From Macrostomum lignano (taxonomy: Eukaryota): a DNA stretch of 64,000 nt. The stretch covers positions 620,001-684,000 of the forward strand of contig NIVC01000201.1 in assembly GCA_002269645.1 (NCBI GenBank). The letters are read 5' to 3'. Shown here piece after piece: positions 50,825-63,637 of this stretch; the stretch's first letter is position 1, and each line of letters opens with the position of its first letter. A program made the translations under genes and the position numbers. The notes beneath the pieces were generated by a model that made no database searches, was not told where the DNA came from, and saw nothing but the letters and a program-made list of their open reading frames with translations.

Positions 50825-52548
50825 TGTGCAGTTTGACATGACAATTAGTGCAGTTTGACATGACATGACAATCAGTGCACTTTGACATGACAATTAGAGC
50901 AGTTTGACATGGGGATTAGTGCAGTTTGACATGACAATCAGTGCAGCTTAACATGCCAATTAGTGCAGTTTGACATGACAATCAGTGCAGCTTAACATGC
51001 CAATTAGTGCAGTTTGACATGACAATCAGTGCAGCTTAACAAGCCAATTAGTGCAGTTTGACATGACAATTAGAGCAGTTTGACATGACAATCAGTGCAG
51101 TTTGACATGAAGATTAGAGCAGTTTGACATGACAATAAGTGCAGTTTGACATGACATGACAATCAGTGCACTTTGACATGACAATTAGAGCAGTTTGACA
51201 TGGGGATTAGTGCAGTTTGACATGACAATCAGTGCAGTTTGACATGACAATTAGAGCAGTTTGACATGACAATCAGTGCAGTTTGACATGACAATTAGAG
51301 CAGTTTGACATGACAATCAGTGCAGTTTGACATGACAATTAGAGCAGTTTGACATGACAATTAGTGCAGTTTGACATGACAATCAGTGCAGCTTAACATG
51401 CCAATTAGTGCAGTTTGACATGACAATCAGTGCAGCTTAACATGCCAATTAGTGCAGTTTGACATGACAATTAGAGCAGTTTGACATGACAATCAGTGCA
51501 GTTTGACATGAAGATTAGAGCAGTTTGACATGACAATAAGTGCAGTTTGACATGACATGACAATCAGTGCACTTTGACATGACAATTAGAGCAGTTTGAC
51601 ATGGGGATTAGTGCAGTTTGACATGACAATCAGTGCAGTTTGACATGACAATTAGAGCAGTTTGACATGACAATCAGTGCAGTTTGACATGACAATTAGA
51701 GCAGTTTGACAAGCCAATCAGTGCAGTTTCACATGACAATCAGTGCAGTTTGACATGACAATCAGTGCAGCTTAACATGCCAATTTGTGCAGTTTGACAT
51801 GACAATTAGAGCAGTTTGACATGACAATCAGTGCAGTTTGACATGAAGATTAGAGCAGTTTGACATGGGGATTAGTGCAGTTTGACATGGGGATTAGTGC
51901 AGTTTGACATGACATGACAATCAGTGCACTTTGACATGACAATTAGAGCAGTTTGACATGGGGATTAGTGCAGTTTGACATGACAATCAGTGCAGTTTGA
52001 CATGACAATTAGAGCAGTTTGACATGACAATCAGTGCAGATTGACATGACAATTAGAGCAGTTTGACATGACAATCAGTGCAGTTTGACATGACAATTAG
52101 AGCAGTTTGACAAGCCAATCAGTGCAGTTTCACATGACAATCAGTGCAGTTTGACATGACAATCAGTGCAGCTTAACATGCCAATTTGTGCAGTTTGACA
52201 TGACAATTAGAGCAGTTTGACATGACAATCAGTGCAGTTTGACATGAAGATTAGAGCAGTTTGACATGGGGATTAGTGCAGTTTGACATGGGGATTAGTG
52301 CAGTTTGACATGACATGACAATCAGTGCACTTTGACATGACAATTAGAGCAGTTTGACAAGGGGATTAGTGCAGTTTGACATGACAATCAGTGCAGTTTG
52401 ACATGACAATTAGAGCAGTTTGACATGACAATAAGTGCAGTTTGACATGACAATTAGAGCAGTTTGACATGACAATAAGTGCAGTTTGACATGACAATTA
52501 GAGCAGTTTGACATGACAATCAGTGCAGTTTGACATGACAATCAGTGC
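50825..52548. repeat. 22-bp satellite (AGTTTGACATGACAAT.AG.GC) with higher-order blocks
   Basis: Tandem periodicity; variant clusters recur every 290-400 bp. Confidence 0.95.
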
Positions 52549-52788
52549 GTGATCTCTTCGTGATCTCATTTTCAACAGTCGTATTTTTAGAAAGCAGGTG
52601 AACAGCAATCTCAAAGCACATGGATTTAATCTTATCGGTCAAGCCTCTCATTTAGCCGCGTCATTTCGCTGTAGCAACACTCGCATGTGTTTGTGCCGTA
52701 CAGGCAGCCTGTGAAGCCTTCGTGTAGCTTTTTATAGTTAGACGATTTGCAATGAAATGCATAAATTGTGTTAGTTGGGTTGATGATT

Positions 52789-54310
52789 CAGATCCTCAGT
52801 TGCTGGGCCAGCCTCCCAGATTCTCAGTTGCTGGGCCAGCCTCCCAGATCCTCAGTTGCTGGGCCAGCCTCCCAGATTCTCAGTTGCTGGGCCAGCCTCC
52901 CAGTTTCTCAGTTGCTGGGCCAGCCTCCCAGATTCTCAGTTGCTGGGCCAGCCTCCCAGATCCTCAGTTGCTGGGCCAGCCTCCCAGATCCTCAGTTGCT
53001 GGGCCAGCCTCCCAGATCCTAAGTTGCTGGGCCAGCCTCCCAGATTCTCAGTTGCTGGGCCAGCCTCCCAGATCCTCAGTTTCTGGGCCAGCCTCCCAGA
53101 TCCTAAGTCGCTGGGCCAGCCTCCCAGATTCTCAGTTGCTGGGCCAGCCTCTCAGATCCTAAGTTTCTGGGCCAGCCTCCCAGATCCTCAGTTGCTGGGC
53201 CAGCCTCCCAGATCCTCAGTTGCTGGGCCAGCCTCCCAGATCCTCAGTTTCTGGGCCAGCCTCCCAGATCCTCAGTTGCTGGGCCAGCCTCCCAGATCCT
53301 CAGTTGCTGGGCCAGCCTCCCAGATCCTCAGTTGCTGGGCCAGCCTCCCAGATCCTCAGTTGCTGGGCCAGCCTCTCAGATCCTAAGTTTCTGGGCCAGC
53401 CTCCCAGATCCTCAGTTGCTGGGCCAGCCTCCCAGATCCTCAGTTGCTGGGCCAGCCTCCCAGATCCTAAGTTTCTGGGCCAGCCTCCCAGATCCTCAGT
53501 TGCTGGGCCAGCCTCCCAGATCCTCAGTTGCTGGGCCAGCCTCCCAGATCCTCAGTTGCTGGGCCAGCCTCCCAGATCCTCAGTTGCTCGGCCAGCCTCC
53601 CAGATCCTCAGTTGCTGGGCCAGCCTCCCAGATCCTCAGTTGCTGGGCCAGCCTCCCAGATCCTCAGTTGCTGGGCCAGCCTCTCAGATCCTAAGTTTCT
53701 GGGCCAGCCTCCCAGATCCTCAGTTGCTGGGCCAGCCTCCCAGATCCTCAGTTGCTGGGCCAGCCTCCCAGATCCTCAGTTGCTGGGCCAGCCTCCCAGA
53801 TCCTCAGTTGCTGGGCCAGCCTCCCAGATCCTCAGTTTCTGGGCCAGCCTCCCAGATCCTCAGTTGCTGGGCCAGCCTCCCAGATCCTCAGTTGCTGGGC
53901 CAGCCTCCCAGATCCTCAGTTGCTGGGCCAGCCTCCCAGATCCTCAGTTGCTGGGCCAGCCTCTCAGATCCTAAGTTTCTGGGCCAGCCTCCCAGATCCT
54001 CAGTTGCTGGGCCAGCCTCCCAGATCCTCAGTTGCTGGGCCAGCCTCCCAGATCCTCAGTTGCTGGGCCAGCCTCCCAGATCCTCAGTTGCTGGGCCAGC
54101 CTCCCAGATCCTCAGTTGCTGGGCCAGCCTCCCAGATCCTCAGTTGCTGGGCCAGCCTCCCAGATCCTCAGTTGCTGGGCCAGCCTCCCAGATCCTCAGT
54201 TGCTGGGCCAGCCTCCCAGATCCTCAGTTGCTCGGCCAGCCTCCCAGATCCTCAGTTGCTGGGCCAGCCTCCCAGATCCTCAGTTGCTAGGCCTGCCTCC
54301 CAGATCCTGA
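52789..54310. repeat. 28-bp satellite (GATCCTCAGTTGCTGGGCCAGCCTCCCA)
   Basis: Tandem periodicity; it explains the LGQPPRSS ORFs. Confidence 0.95.
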
Positions 54311-54545
54311 GTTCCCACTAGCAGTCGGACCTACTAAGAAATTCGCAGTTTCCCATCATCGGCAACCCAGACTCAGCAATCTAGTTCCAGGTCTCACTCT
54401 CAGGTACTCGTACTAATGTAAAATGAACAAAGACTGCTAAAATCAAAAGTTTTGTAAAAAACAAAAAGGAACTGAAATGAAGCAGCTCGATGGCGGTGCC
54501 CTCTAATTGAATATTAGTATGAGCATTTAAATATTGGCATCGGCT

Positions 54546-55076
54546 TCAGGCCTCCGGCTGGTCAGTGCTTGGCTTGAAGTCTCTCTCGAACCACTTCATG
54601 GACCAGTACGGCAGCAGGCCCAGCTCAGTGGAGGCGACGTTCTGCGCCTGCGGCAGCACAGACAGCAGCGCCACGGGCTTGCTGCTGGACGGGTGCCGCA
54701 GGCACAGCAGGTACTCGCGCCCGACTTCGTAGGCCAGAGGCTCCTCGGGATTGTGCGCCGGCGCCTCGTACACCTTCTGCGGCGCCGGCTGGTCGTCGCT
54801 GCCGTCGCTAGCCTGGCGCTGGGGCATCAGGTAGATGAGCAGCTGGGTGTTGTCCTCCTCGGCCAGGCCGACCACATTCAGCGGCTGCAGCTTGCACTCG
54901 GCCAGGTCAAATGAAAGTCGAACTTCGTAGTCTTCGGGATCGTTGGGCGATGGAACTCGGACAACGTGCTGCTGCTGCTGCCCGTCCGTGGAGCTGTTGT
55001 TGCCGACCGGCTGGACAACCAGAAATCCCAGCGGCTTTGACTGACCGCCGAGAAGAGAGCGGAATCGCTTTAGCAT
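54546..55076 (-). CDS. Orphan single-exon ORF, 176 aa, unknown function
   Basis: GC3-rich codon usage, ATG to TGA; no recognised domain. Confidence 0.65.
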   Translation of the reverse strand: MLKRFRSLLGGQSKPLGFLVVQPVGNNSSTDGQQQQHVVRVPSPNDPEDYEVRLSFDLAECKLQPLNVVGLAEEDNTQLLIYLMPQRQASDGSDDQPAPQKVYEAPAHNPEEPLAYEVGREYLLCLRHPSSSKPVALLSVLPQAQNVASTELGLLPYWSMKWFERDFKPSTDQPEA

Positions 55077-55334
55077 GCTTTCTTTGCTTGGCTTCTGCTA
55101 CTGAGAGTCCTGGCTGTTTAAATCTGCCACTGCTGTTTCCGCTCTGCTACTTGATAATAAGGCGGGTTTTGACATAGACTAAAGTGGGCGATAAGTGATG
55201 GCAGCTAAGCAGTGCACTTTTCAAGCAGAGCACTAAATCTATGCGACTCTAAAATTTTACATTAATTTTAAGTGGGTAGCGCGCCAATGCTTGCTTACTG
55301 AATGAGCGCCAATGCTTGCTTACTGAATGAGCGC

Positions 55335-55630
55335 CACTGTCTCTTGGTGGGCACCCCTGTTTGGCGCCCCCTGTCTCTTCGTGCGAGCCCCTGTCTCTTG
55401 GTGGGCGCTCCTGTCGCTTGGTGAGTGTCCCTGTCTCATGGTAGTCCCCCGGCTCTTGGTGAGTGCCCCAGTCTCTTTGTAGAATCCCCTGCCTCTTGGT
55501 GGGCGCCCCTGTCTCTTGGTGGGATCCCATGTCTCTTGGTGAGCGCCTCTGTCTCTTGGTGGGCGCCTCTGTCTCTTGGTGGGCGCCCCTGTCTCTTGGT
55601 GGGCACCCCTGTCTCTTGGTGGGCACCCCA
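55335..55630. repeat. 20-bp minisatellite (same family as 29300-29700); mirror copy at 62655-62950
   Basis: CTGTCTCTTGGTGGGCGCCC units. Confidence 0.9.
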
Positions 55631-55631
55631 C

Positions 55632-56000
55632 TACTAAGGGATTCCGAATGGCTCGATTTTGGAGGTGAGGTGGGTGTCAACCCTCCGCGCCTCTCATTGG
55701 CTGGCGCCCCGATCACTAGGTGATCGATACCCGTATCGATATCGGCGCTCGGCGCGCGCGCGCGCCGCAGGCGCCAAGCGCCGCAGGCGACCCTCCCCAG
55801 CCGCAGGCGCACCTACCGATATTAGATCCCAATAAATCAATCAGATCCCAAATCAATCAGATCCCAAGCGCACCCTCCCGAGCCGCAGGCGCCCATGCAG
55901 CAGGCGCCCATGCCGCAGGCACCCCGAGTGTACACTCTACCGATATGTGTGTACACCGATATGTAGTCATCGATACGGGCCTCTTCCCCTCTCTCACCTA
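55632..56000. other. Non-coding hairpin/iteron module (further copies at 62287-62655 and 63635-64000)
   Basis: Clustered palindromes, 6 GCCGCAGGCG-type repeats and AGATCCCAA(AT)CAATC repeats. Confidence 0.8.
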
Positions 56001-59000
56001 CATCTCAACTAGCGAAATCGAACCCAGGTCGCGCCCATACTAGGACACTACACGGTTGTGGGGTATAGGGAGCGAGAAGTTTCAACCCTAACGCTGACGC
56101 AGCCCTGTACAGTGAGAGTGTACGGGCAGAGAGGGGTGGGGCGGACAGAGAACCAGCCACTAGGTTGTTATACTGTTGAAGCATAGGGAGCGAGAAGTTT
56201 TAACCCCGATGCTGACGCAGCCCTGTACACTGAGCGTGTACGGGCAGAGGGTGGGTGGAAAGAGATGTGAATAACACAGCCTGCTGCAGGAGCCGGATAG
56301 AGAGGCGCATGCTAGGACAGAGAGGTAGTGTGAGTCACACACACCCCACAGAGAAAGCCATACAGAGGATAGAGAGCTCCCTCCCCAGTTGCAGGGGACA
56401 GAGAGGCAGGCAGGGTATGCAGGGGCATGCGAACCGTCAAGGGGCCACGCGAGGATAGAGTGGAGGAGCAGAGATGTGTCTGGACAGAGAGCCAGCCACG
56501 TGTGCGTAGTGTGAGGGAACAGAAACATATGGAGCAGGAGGGAGATAGGAAGCAAACGCGCAGGGTAAGGGAGCCACACAGGGCGGTACAGTGAGACACG
56601 GGCAGGGGTGGAGCCGTGCGTGGACAGAGCTGAACGGCACGGTCAGCTGCAGGAATAGGATGATAGAGAGGCGCGGAGGGGGACAGAGAGCAGTGTGCAG
56701 GGGTAGGCAGCCACGCAGGCTGGGGAACAGAGAGGCGCGTGTCAGCCAGTTGCAGCCCGGGACAGAGAAGTATGAAGGGGGGCCTGGGACAGAGTTCCGA
56801 GCAAGGCACAGAGGTAGGGTCCTGTAGCTATGTATAGGCAGGGAGCCACGCGAGGGCAGGACAGGGGAGCAGACATGCAAGTTGCATGCAAGGCCAGAGA
56901 GGTGTGCGCGGAGGGAGACAGAGAGCAGTGTGTAGGGGTAGGTAACAGCAAACTTTAGTAGCGGCGCGTGCGGGGACGGAGAAACCAGTCAGAGCATACA
57001 GAGACGTTACAGAGAGGTACACAAGCAGAGACCAAAGCGAGCAGAGCACATGTGTAGGGACAGAGACGTGAGGGAGAATCGACCAAAACACGCTATGTAT
57101 TTTCAAAAGTTGGTTTTAGTGCAACATGTTTAATAGTGGGTAGTATAATAGTATGTACATAGTAGGTATAATAGTAGTAATAATAGTAAGCATATTAGCC
57201 CAAAAGGTAGACTAAAACAGGCTAAACTGTGTGTACGCATCCTCATCACCCCACAAGCCCCCTCTCCCGCCAGACTCACTCTACCAAACCCTCCTGTATT
57301 GCTGCATGAAGGAAAATATAGTGTAAAAATACAGATCTTAACCGTCAGACCGCTGAAATCAGGGCACACTAGAGGGGGTTTCGGGGTCTGCATGCTCTAT
57401 GTAAGCTGCTTGAGGAGGTTCCAAGGGCGTTGGCGGGTTTCCATTATGTTTTGAAAAAAAACTAGAGGCTTAAATACAACGTTTTATTCAAAAAGTAGGT
57501 TATTTTAATGAAATAGCTGACACAATCATTGTCGAGAGTAGACATTTTTATAAGAAACCAGGCATTTTAGCAAAAATAAACCTTCAAACCACATAAAATT
57601 GAATAAAAAGCAGACATTTTCAATTATAAACCGCAAGTATTTTAATAGAAAAGTAAGCAAACAAGGCACAAAACCAGCAAATTTTACCTTTTTATTTTAA
57701 TGTTACTGATAAGGTAGAGAGTAGAAACTTGTGAGCTGTACGGAGTTAGAAAGTATTAACCATTATGTATCGTATGAATTATTAGTTCAGTACCAGCCAT
57801 TGGTCAAGCGAGCATTTATGAAGTTATTACGAGTGATGAAGGGATAGAGAGCTATATACAGGAAGACAGTATCCTTCTAAACCACCACGAACAGATTGCT
57901 AATAGAGATAAGCTTTGTCTGTGTGCAGTATGAGTAAGCGAAGGCGGGGCAAATACTTTTCCACATGCCGGACAGAACAGTATTGTGCTAGGATTTCTCT
58001 CGAAATCGCGGTACGTTACTAGTTTTTATCACACCATCCAGATGCGTCAACTAGTCAGCAGTAGTCATTTATATGTTATTAGAACTTACAAACCCAGGTC
58101 AAGTAAATATTACAAAGAGTATATTACGTACACACGCCAACTCCGAATACCAAGCCATACTAGTCTACTTGCAGTGCTCCTGGAGGGAAGGGACGGCGGG
58201 GTGTACATCCGGCAGGGTGGGCGTCCAGCGAGTGTACATCTGACAGGATGGGTGTTCAGCAAGTGTACATCTGACAGGGTGGGCGTTCAGCAAGTGTACC
58301 TTCAGCGTCGAGTAGGTGTACACCCGTCAGTGGGAACTCAGCCCCTCCCACCAATGTCGTGTGCATGCGGTTAGTCAGTATAGTGGTGGGGTAGACGGTG
58401 CAGGAAGGAAACCCAGATGCTGACGCTGCCCTGTACAGCGAGCAACCAGCCCTCCTGTAGCAGGAGGGGGACAGAGAGTGCGTGGAGGCAGTAGGAGATA
58501 GAGGACGCTACCCGGCATGTCGCAGCACGCGGCGCGGGACAGAGAGGCAGTGTGTAAGTCACCCCCACAGGGAAAGCTGCCCTGGCAGGAGGCGCGGGAC
58601 AGAGAGGCGGTGAATCACACCCCACGGAGAGAGCCGTACAGCGAGCTTCCCCACCCGAGTCCGGTAAATATTACAGAGTATTACGTGCACACGCCAGCCC
58701 TGAATACCAAGCCATACTAGTCTACCTGCAGTGCTCCCAGAGGGAAGGGATGGTCAGGAGTTACACACCAAGAATGCATTCATACAAAGAGTACACAACT
58801 CGAGCCCAGACACCAAGTCACAGTCTACTTACAGTAGAGATGGTAGATTAATAGCAAGATTATATTACAATTAGACCTCCCTAGCACATGAGGAGTGAAA
58901 TTCAATAATAATTGAATTCAATAATAATACAACATTTAGACGTAGTAATTTAATTACAAAATACCACTAACACTGAGCCAACGAATTGTAGGTTACAAAG

Positions 59001-62000
59001 GAGTTGCCACTCATATGGAAAGCCAGTATAATGCAGGTGTATATTATTAAAACATAGACAAAAACGATGCAGACGTATATACACACTATTGATTTTGTAC
59101 ATGTACATTTCGGCATATTACCACACATCGCAGGCACATATTATATATCGGGGATAGGTTAAAATACACACATCGTAGATGTAGAAGCAGACACAATGCA
59201 GGAAAATTATGATACGAGTGTACATATTAGTGCGTAAAAGTATCATATTATGACACCCTGTAGCACATATTGACATAATGCAGGGGAAAATATTGACAGA
59301 AATAGTACACAATTGTAGAGGTAACAACCCGCCAACTAGTAAGGACATCCAGCACTTGTTCAGGTTTTTATTATTTCGAGACGAGTGTCATGCCCCCGCA
59401 AGAGATCTTATCAGAAATTTGTTGAACTCCACTGCAACTCTCCCCAGAGCCTCCAAATGTGAGTTTTTAACCCAGGGTCGAGTACAAAGGACCCGCCCAC
59501 TCTTAACCCCAAGGGGTGATCGTAGCGGAGACCAAGTACAGTGCGGACGGAGAGGGGTAACAGAAAGCGCTGCATCAGACCGCAGGGCTGCATTCCTCCC
59601 CCGAGGTAGGCGCGTCAGCTCCCACTCCTCATTTAACCATCAAGTAAACTAAAGAAGTCAAGCAGAAAGCCTTACAATCACCCGCAACCAGCACAAGTAA
59701 GAGTACTTTCCACTAGAGAGCCATAGTGCAAGATTCGCGAGCCAAGTTGAAGAAGCACACCAAATTACACTAAAGACATATGTATTAAAAAGCATACCGG
59801 CACCTCTACAAAAACACAGTATGTACCGATTAAAGTTGCTTTTGGTGCAGTGTATTTAATAAAAAGCAGGTACCTAACACAAAAGTAGGCATCAATGCAG
59901 TGCACGGGCTAAACTGTATTTACAAACGCAGGGCAACGAACTACACACAATGTAGCGCATAGACATAATTGTACGCATAAATGTACGCAATTTCCGGTAT
60001 ATAGGACCAAATGTACACAATGTACACAAACACACACACACACACTCAGGCGCATCCTGCAGCGCATCCTGCAGCACCGATCGCCGCAGGCGATGGCGCC
60101 ATCGGCAGGAAGCTCTTGCTGTGAATACGCCTGAGTGTGTGTGTGTGTGTTTGTGTACGTAATATACTCTTTGTAATATTTACTTGACCTGGGTTTGTAA
60201 GTTCTAATAACATATAAATGACTACTGCTGACTAGTTGACGCATCTGGATGGTGTGATAAAAACTAGTAACGTACCGCGATTTCGAGAGAAATCCTAGCA
60301 CAATACTGTTCTGTCCGGCATGTGGAAAAGTATTTGCCCCGCCTTCGCTTACTCATACTGCACACAGACAAAGCTTATCTCTATTAGCAATCTGTTCGTG
60401 GTGGTTTAGAAGGATACTGTCTTCCTGTATATAGCTCTCTATCCCTTCATCACTCGTAATAACTTCATAAATGCTCGCTTGACCAATGGCTGGTACTGAA
60501 CTAATAATTCATACGATACATAATGGTTAATACTTTCTAACTCCGTACAGCTCACAAGTTTCTACTCTCTACCTTATCAGTAACATTAAAATAAAAAGGT
60601 AAAATTTGCTGGTTTTGTGCCTTGTTTGCTTACTTTTCTATTAAAATACTTGCGGTTTATAATTGAAAATGTCTGCTTTTTATTCAATTTTATGTGGTTT
60701 GAAGGTTTATTTTTGCTAAAATGCCTGGTTTCTTATAAAAATGTCTACTCTCGACAATGATTGTGTCAGCTATTTCATTAAAATAACCTACTTTTTGAAT
60801 AAAACGTTGTATTTAAGCCTCTAGTTTTTTTTCAAAACATAATGGAAACCCGCCCAACGCCCTTGGAACCTCCTCAAGCAGCTTACATAGAGCATGCAGA
60901 CCCCGAAACCCCCTCTAGTGTGCCCTGATTTCAGCGGTCTGACGGTTAAGATCTGTATTTTTACACTATATTTTCCTTCATGCAGCAATACAGGAGGGTT
61001 TGGTAGAGTGAGTCTGGCGGGAGAGGGGGCTTGTGGGGTGATGAGGATGCGTACACACAGTTTAGCCTGTTTTAGTCTACCTTTTGGGCTAATATGCTTA
61101 CTATTATTACTACTATTATACCTACTATGTACATACTATTATACTACCCACTATTAAACATGTTGCACTAAAACCAACTTTTGAAAATACATAGCGTGTT
61201 TTGGTCGATTCTCCCTCACGTCTCTGTCCCTACACATGTGCTCTGCTCGCTTTGGTCTCTGCTTGTGTACCTCTCTGTAACGTCTCTGTATGCTCTGACT
61301 GGTTTCTCCGTCCCCGCACGCGCCGCTACTAAAGTTTGCTGTTACCTACCCCTACACACTGCTCTCTGTCTCCCTCCGCGCACACCTCTCTGGCCTTGCA
61401 TGCAACTTGCATGTCTGCTCCCCTGTCCTGCCCTCGCGTGGCTCCCTGCCTATACATAGCTACAGGACCCTACCTCTGTGCCTTGCTCGGAACTCTGTCC
61501 CAGGCCCCCCTTCATACTTCTCTGTCCCGGGCTGCAACTGGCTGACACGCGCCTCTCTGTTCCCCAGCCTGCGTGGCTGCCTACCCCTGCACACTGCTCT
61601 CTGTCCCCCTCCGCGCCTCTCTATCATCCTATTCCTGCAGCTGACCGTGCCGTTCAGCTCTGTCCACGCACGGCTCCACCCCTGCCCGTGTCTCACTGTA
61701 CCGCCCTGTGTGGCTCCCTTACCCTGCGCGTTTGCTTCCTATCTCCCTCCTGCTCCATATGTTTCTGTTCCCTCACACTACGCACACGTGGCTGGCTCTC
61801 TGTCCAGACACATCTCTGCTCCTCCACTCTATCCTCGCGTGGCCCCTTGACGGTTCGCATGCCCCTGCATACCCTGCCTGCCTCTCTGTCCCCTGCAACT
61901 GGGGAGGGAGCTCTCTATCCTCTGTATGGCTTTCTCTGTGGGGTGTGTGTGACTCACACTACCTCTCTGTCCTAGCATGCGCCTCTCTATCCGGCTCCTG

Positions 62001-63211
62001 CAGCAGGCTGTGTTATTCACATCTCTTTCCACCCACCCTCTGCCCGTACACGCTCAGTGTACAGGGCTGCGTCAGCATCGGGGTTAAAACTTCTCGCTCC
62101 CTATGCTTCAACAGTATAACAACCTAGTGGCTGGTTCTCTGTCCGCCCCACCCCTCTCTGCCCGTACACTCTCACTGTACAGGGCTGCGTCAGCGTTAGG
62201 GTTGAAACTTCTCGCTCCCTATACCCCACAACCGTGTAGTGTCCTAGTATGGGCGCGACCTGGGTTCGATTTCGCTAGTTGAGATGTAGGTGAGAGAGGG
62301 GAAGAGGCCCGTATCGATGACTACATATCGGTGTACACACATATCGGTAGAGTGTACACTCGGGGTGCCTGCGGCATGGGCGCCTGCTGCATGGGCGCCT
62401 GCGGCTCGGGAGGGTGCGCTTGGGATCTGATTGATTTGGGATCTGATTGATTTATTGGGATCTAATATCGGTAGGTGCGCCTGCGGCTGGGGAGGGTCGC
62501 CTGCGGCGCTTGGCGCCTGCGGCGCGCGCGCGCGCCGAGCGCCGATATCGATACGGGTATCGATCACCTAGTGATCGGGGCGCCAGCCAATGAGAGGCGC
62601 GGAGGGTTGACACCCACCTCACCTCCAAAATCGAGCCATTCGGAATCCCTTAGTAGTGGGGTGCCCACCAAGAGACAGGGGTGCCCACCAAGAGACAGGG
62701 GCGCCCACCAAGAGACAGAGGCGCCCACCAAGAGACAGAGGCGCTCACCAAGAGACATGGGATCCCACCAAGAGACAGGGGCGCCCACCAAGAGGCAGGG
62801 GATTCTACAAAGAGACTGGGGCACTCACCAAGAGCCGGGGGGACTACCATGAGACAGGGACACTCACCAAGCGACAGGAGCGCCCACCAAGAGACAGGGG
62901 CTCGCACGAAGAGACAGGGGGCGCCAAACAGGGGTGCCCACCAAGAGACAGTGGCGCTCATTCAGTAAGCAAGCATTGGCGCTCATTCAGTAAGCAAGCA
63001 TTGGCGCGCTACCCACTTAAAATTAATGTAAAATTTTAGAGTCGCATAGATTTAGTGCTCTGCTTGAAAAGTGCACTGCTTAGCTGCCATCACTTATCGC
63101 CCACTTTAGTCTATGTCAAAACCCGCCTTATTATCAAGTAGCAGAGCGGAAACAGCAGTGGCAGATTTAAACAGCCAGGACTCTCAGTAGCAGAAGCCAA
63201 GCAAAGAAAGC

Positions 63212-63637
63212 ATGCTAAAGCGATTCCGCTCTCTTCTCGGCGGTCAGTCAAAGCCGCTGGGATTTCTGGTTGTCCAGCCGGTCGGCAACAACAGCTCCAC
63301 GGACGGGCAGCAGCAGCAGCACGTTGTCCGAGTTCCATCGCCCAACGATCCCGAAGACTACGAAGTTCGACTTTCATTTGACCTGGCCGAGTGCAAGCTG
63401 CAGCCGCTGAATGTGGTCGGCCTGGCCGAGGAGGACAACACCCAGCTGCTCATCTACCTGATGCCCCAGCGCCAGGCTAGCGACGGCAGCGACGACCAGC
63501 CGGCGCCGCAGAAGGTGTACGAGGCGCCGGCGCACAATCCCGAGGAGCCTCTGGCCTACGAAGTCGGGCGCGAGTACCTGCTGTGCCTGCGGCACCCGTC
63601 CAGCAGCAAGCCCGTGGCGCTGCTGTCTGTGCTCTAG
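63212..63637 (+). pseudogene. 3'-truncated duplicate (141 aa) of the 54546-55076 gene
   Basis: Identical sequence up to 63633, then fused to the module copy, which supplies TAG. Confidence 0.85.

Larger units (their letters stand above)
54655..63633. repeat. Giant near-perfect palindrome: left arm 54655-60052, loop 60053-60127, right arm 60128-63633 lacking the mirror of 58135-60028
   Basis: Mirror-image ORF pairs in the track (coordinate sums 118286-118288); 31-bp inner stem 60022-60052/60128-60158. Confidence 0.95.

Noticed and set aside
56160-59652. Many 60-165 aa ORFs in the palindrome
   Set aside because: Overlapping, compositionally biased and without domains; no Rep, NS1 or transposase motifs.
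58135-60021. Spacer as a TE insertion with a 7-bp TSD
   Set aside because: No TIR or tail, and the left junction is colinear with an older internal repeat; deletion from the other arm fits better.
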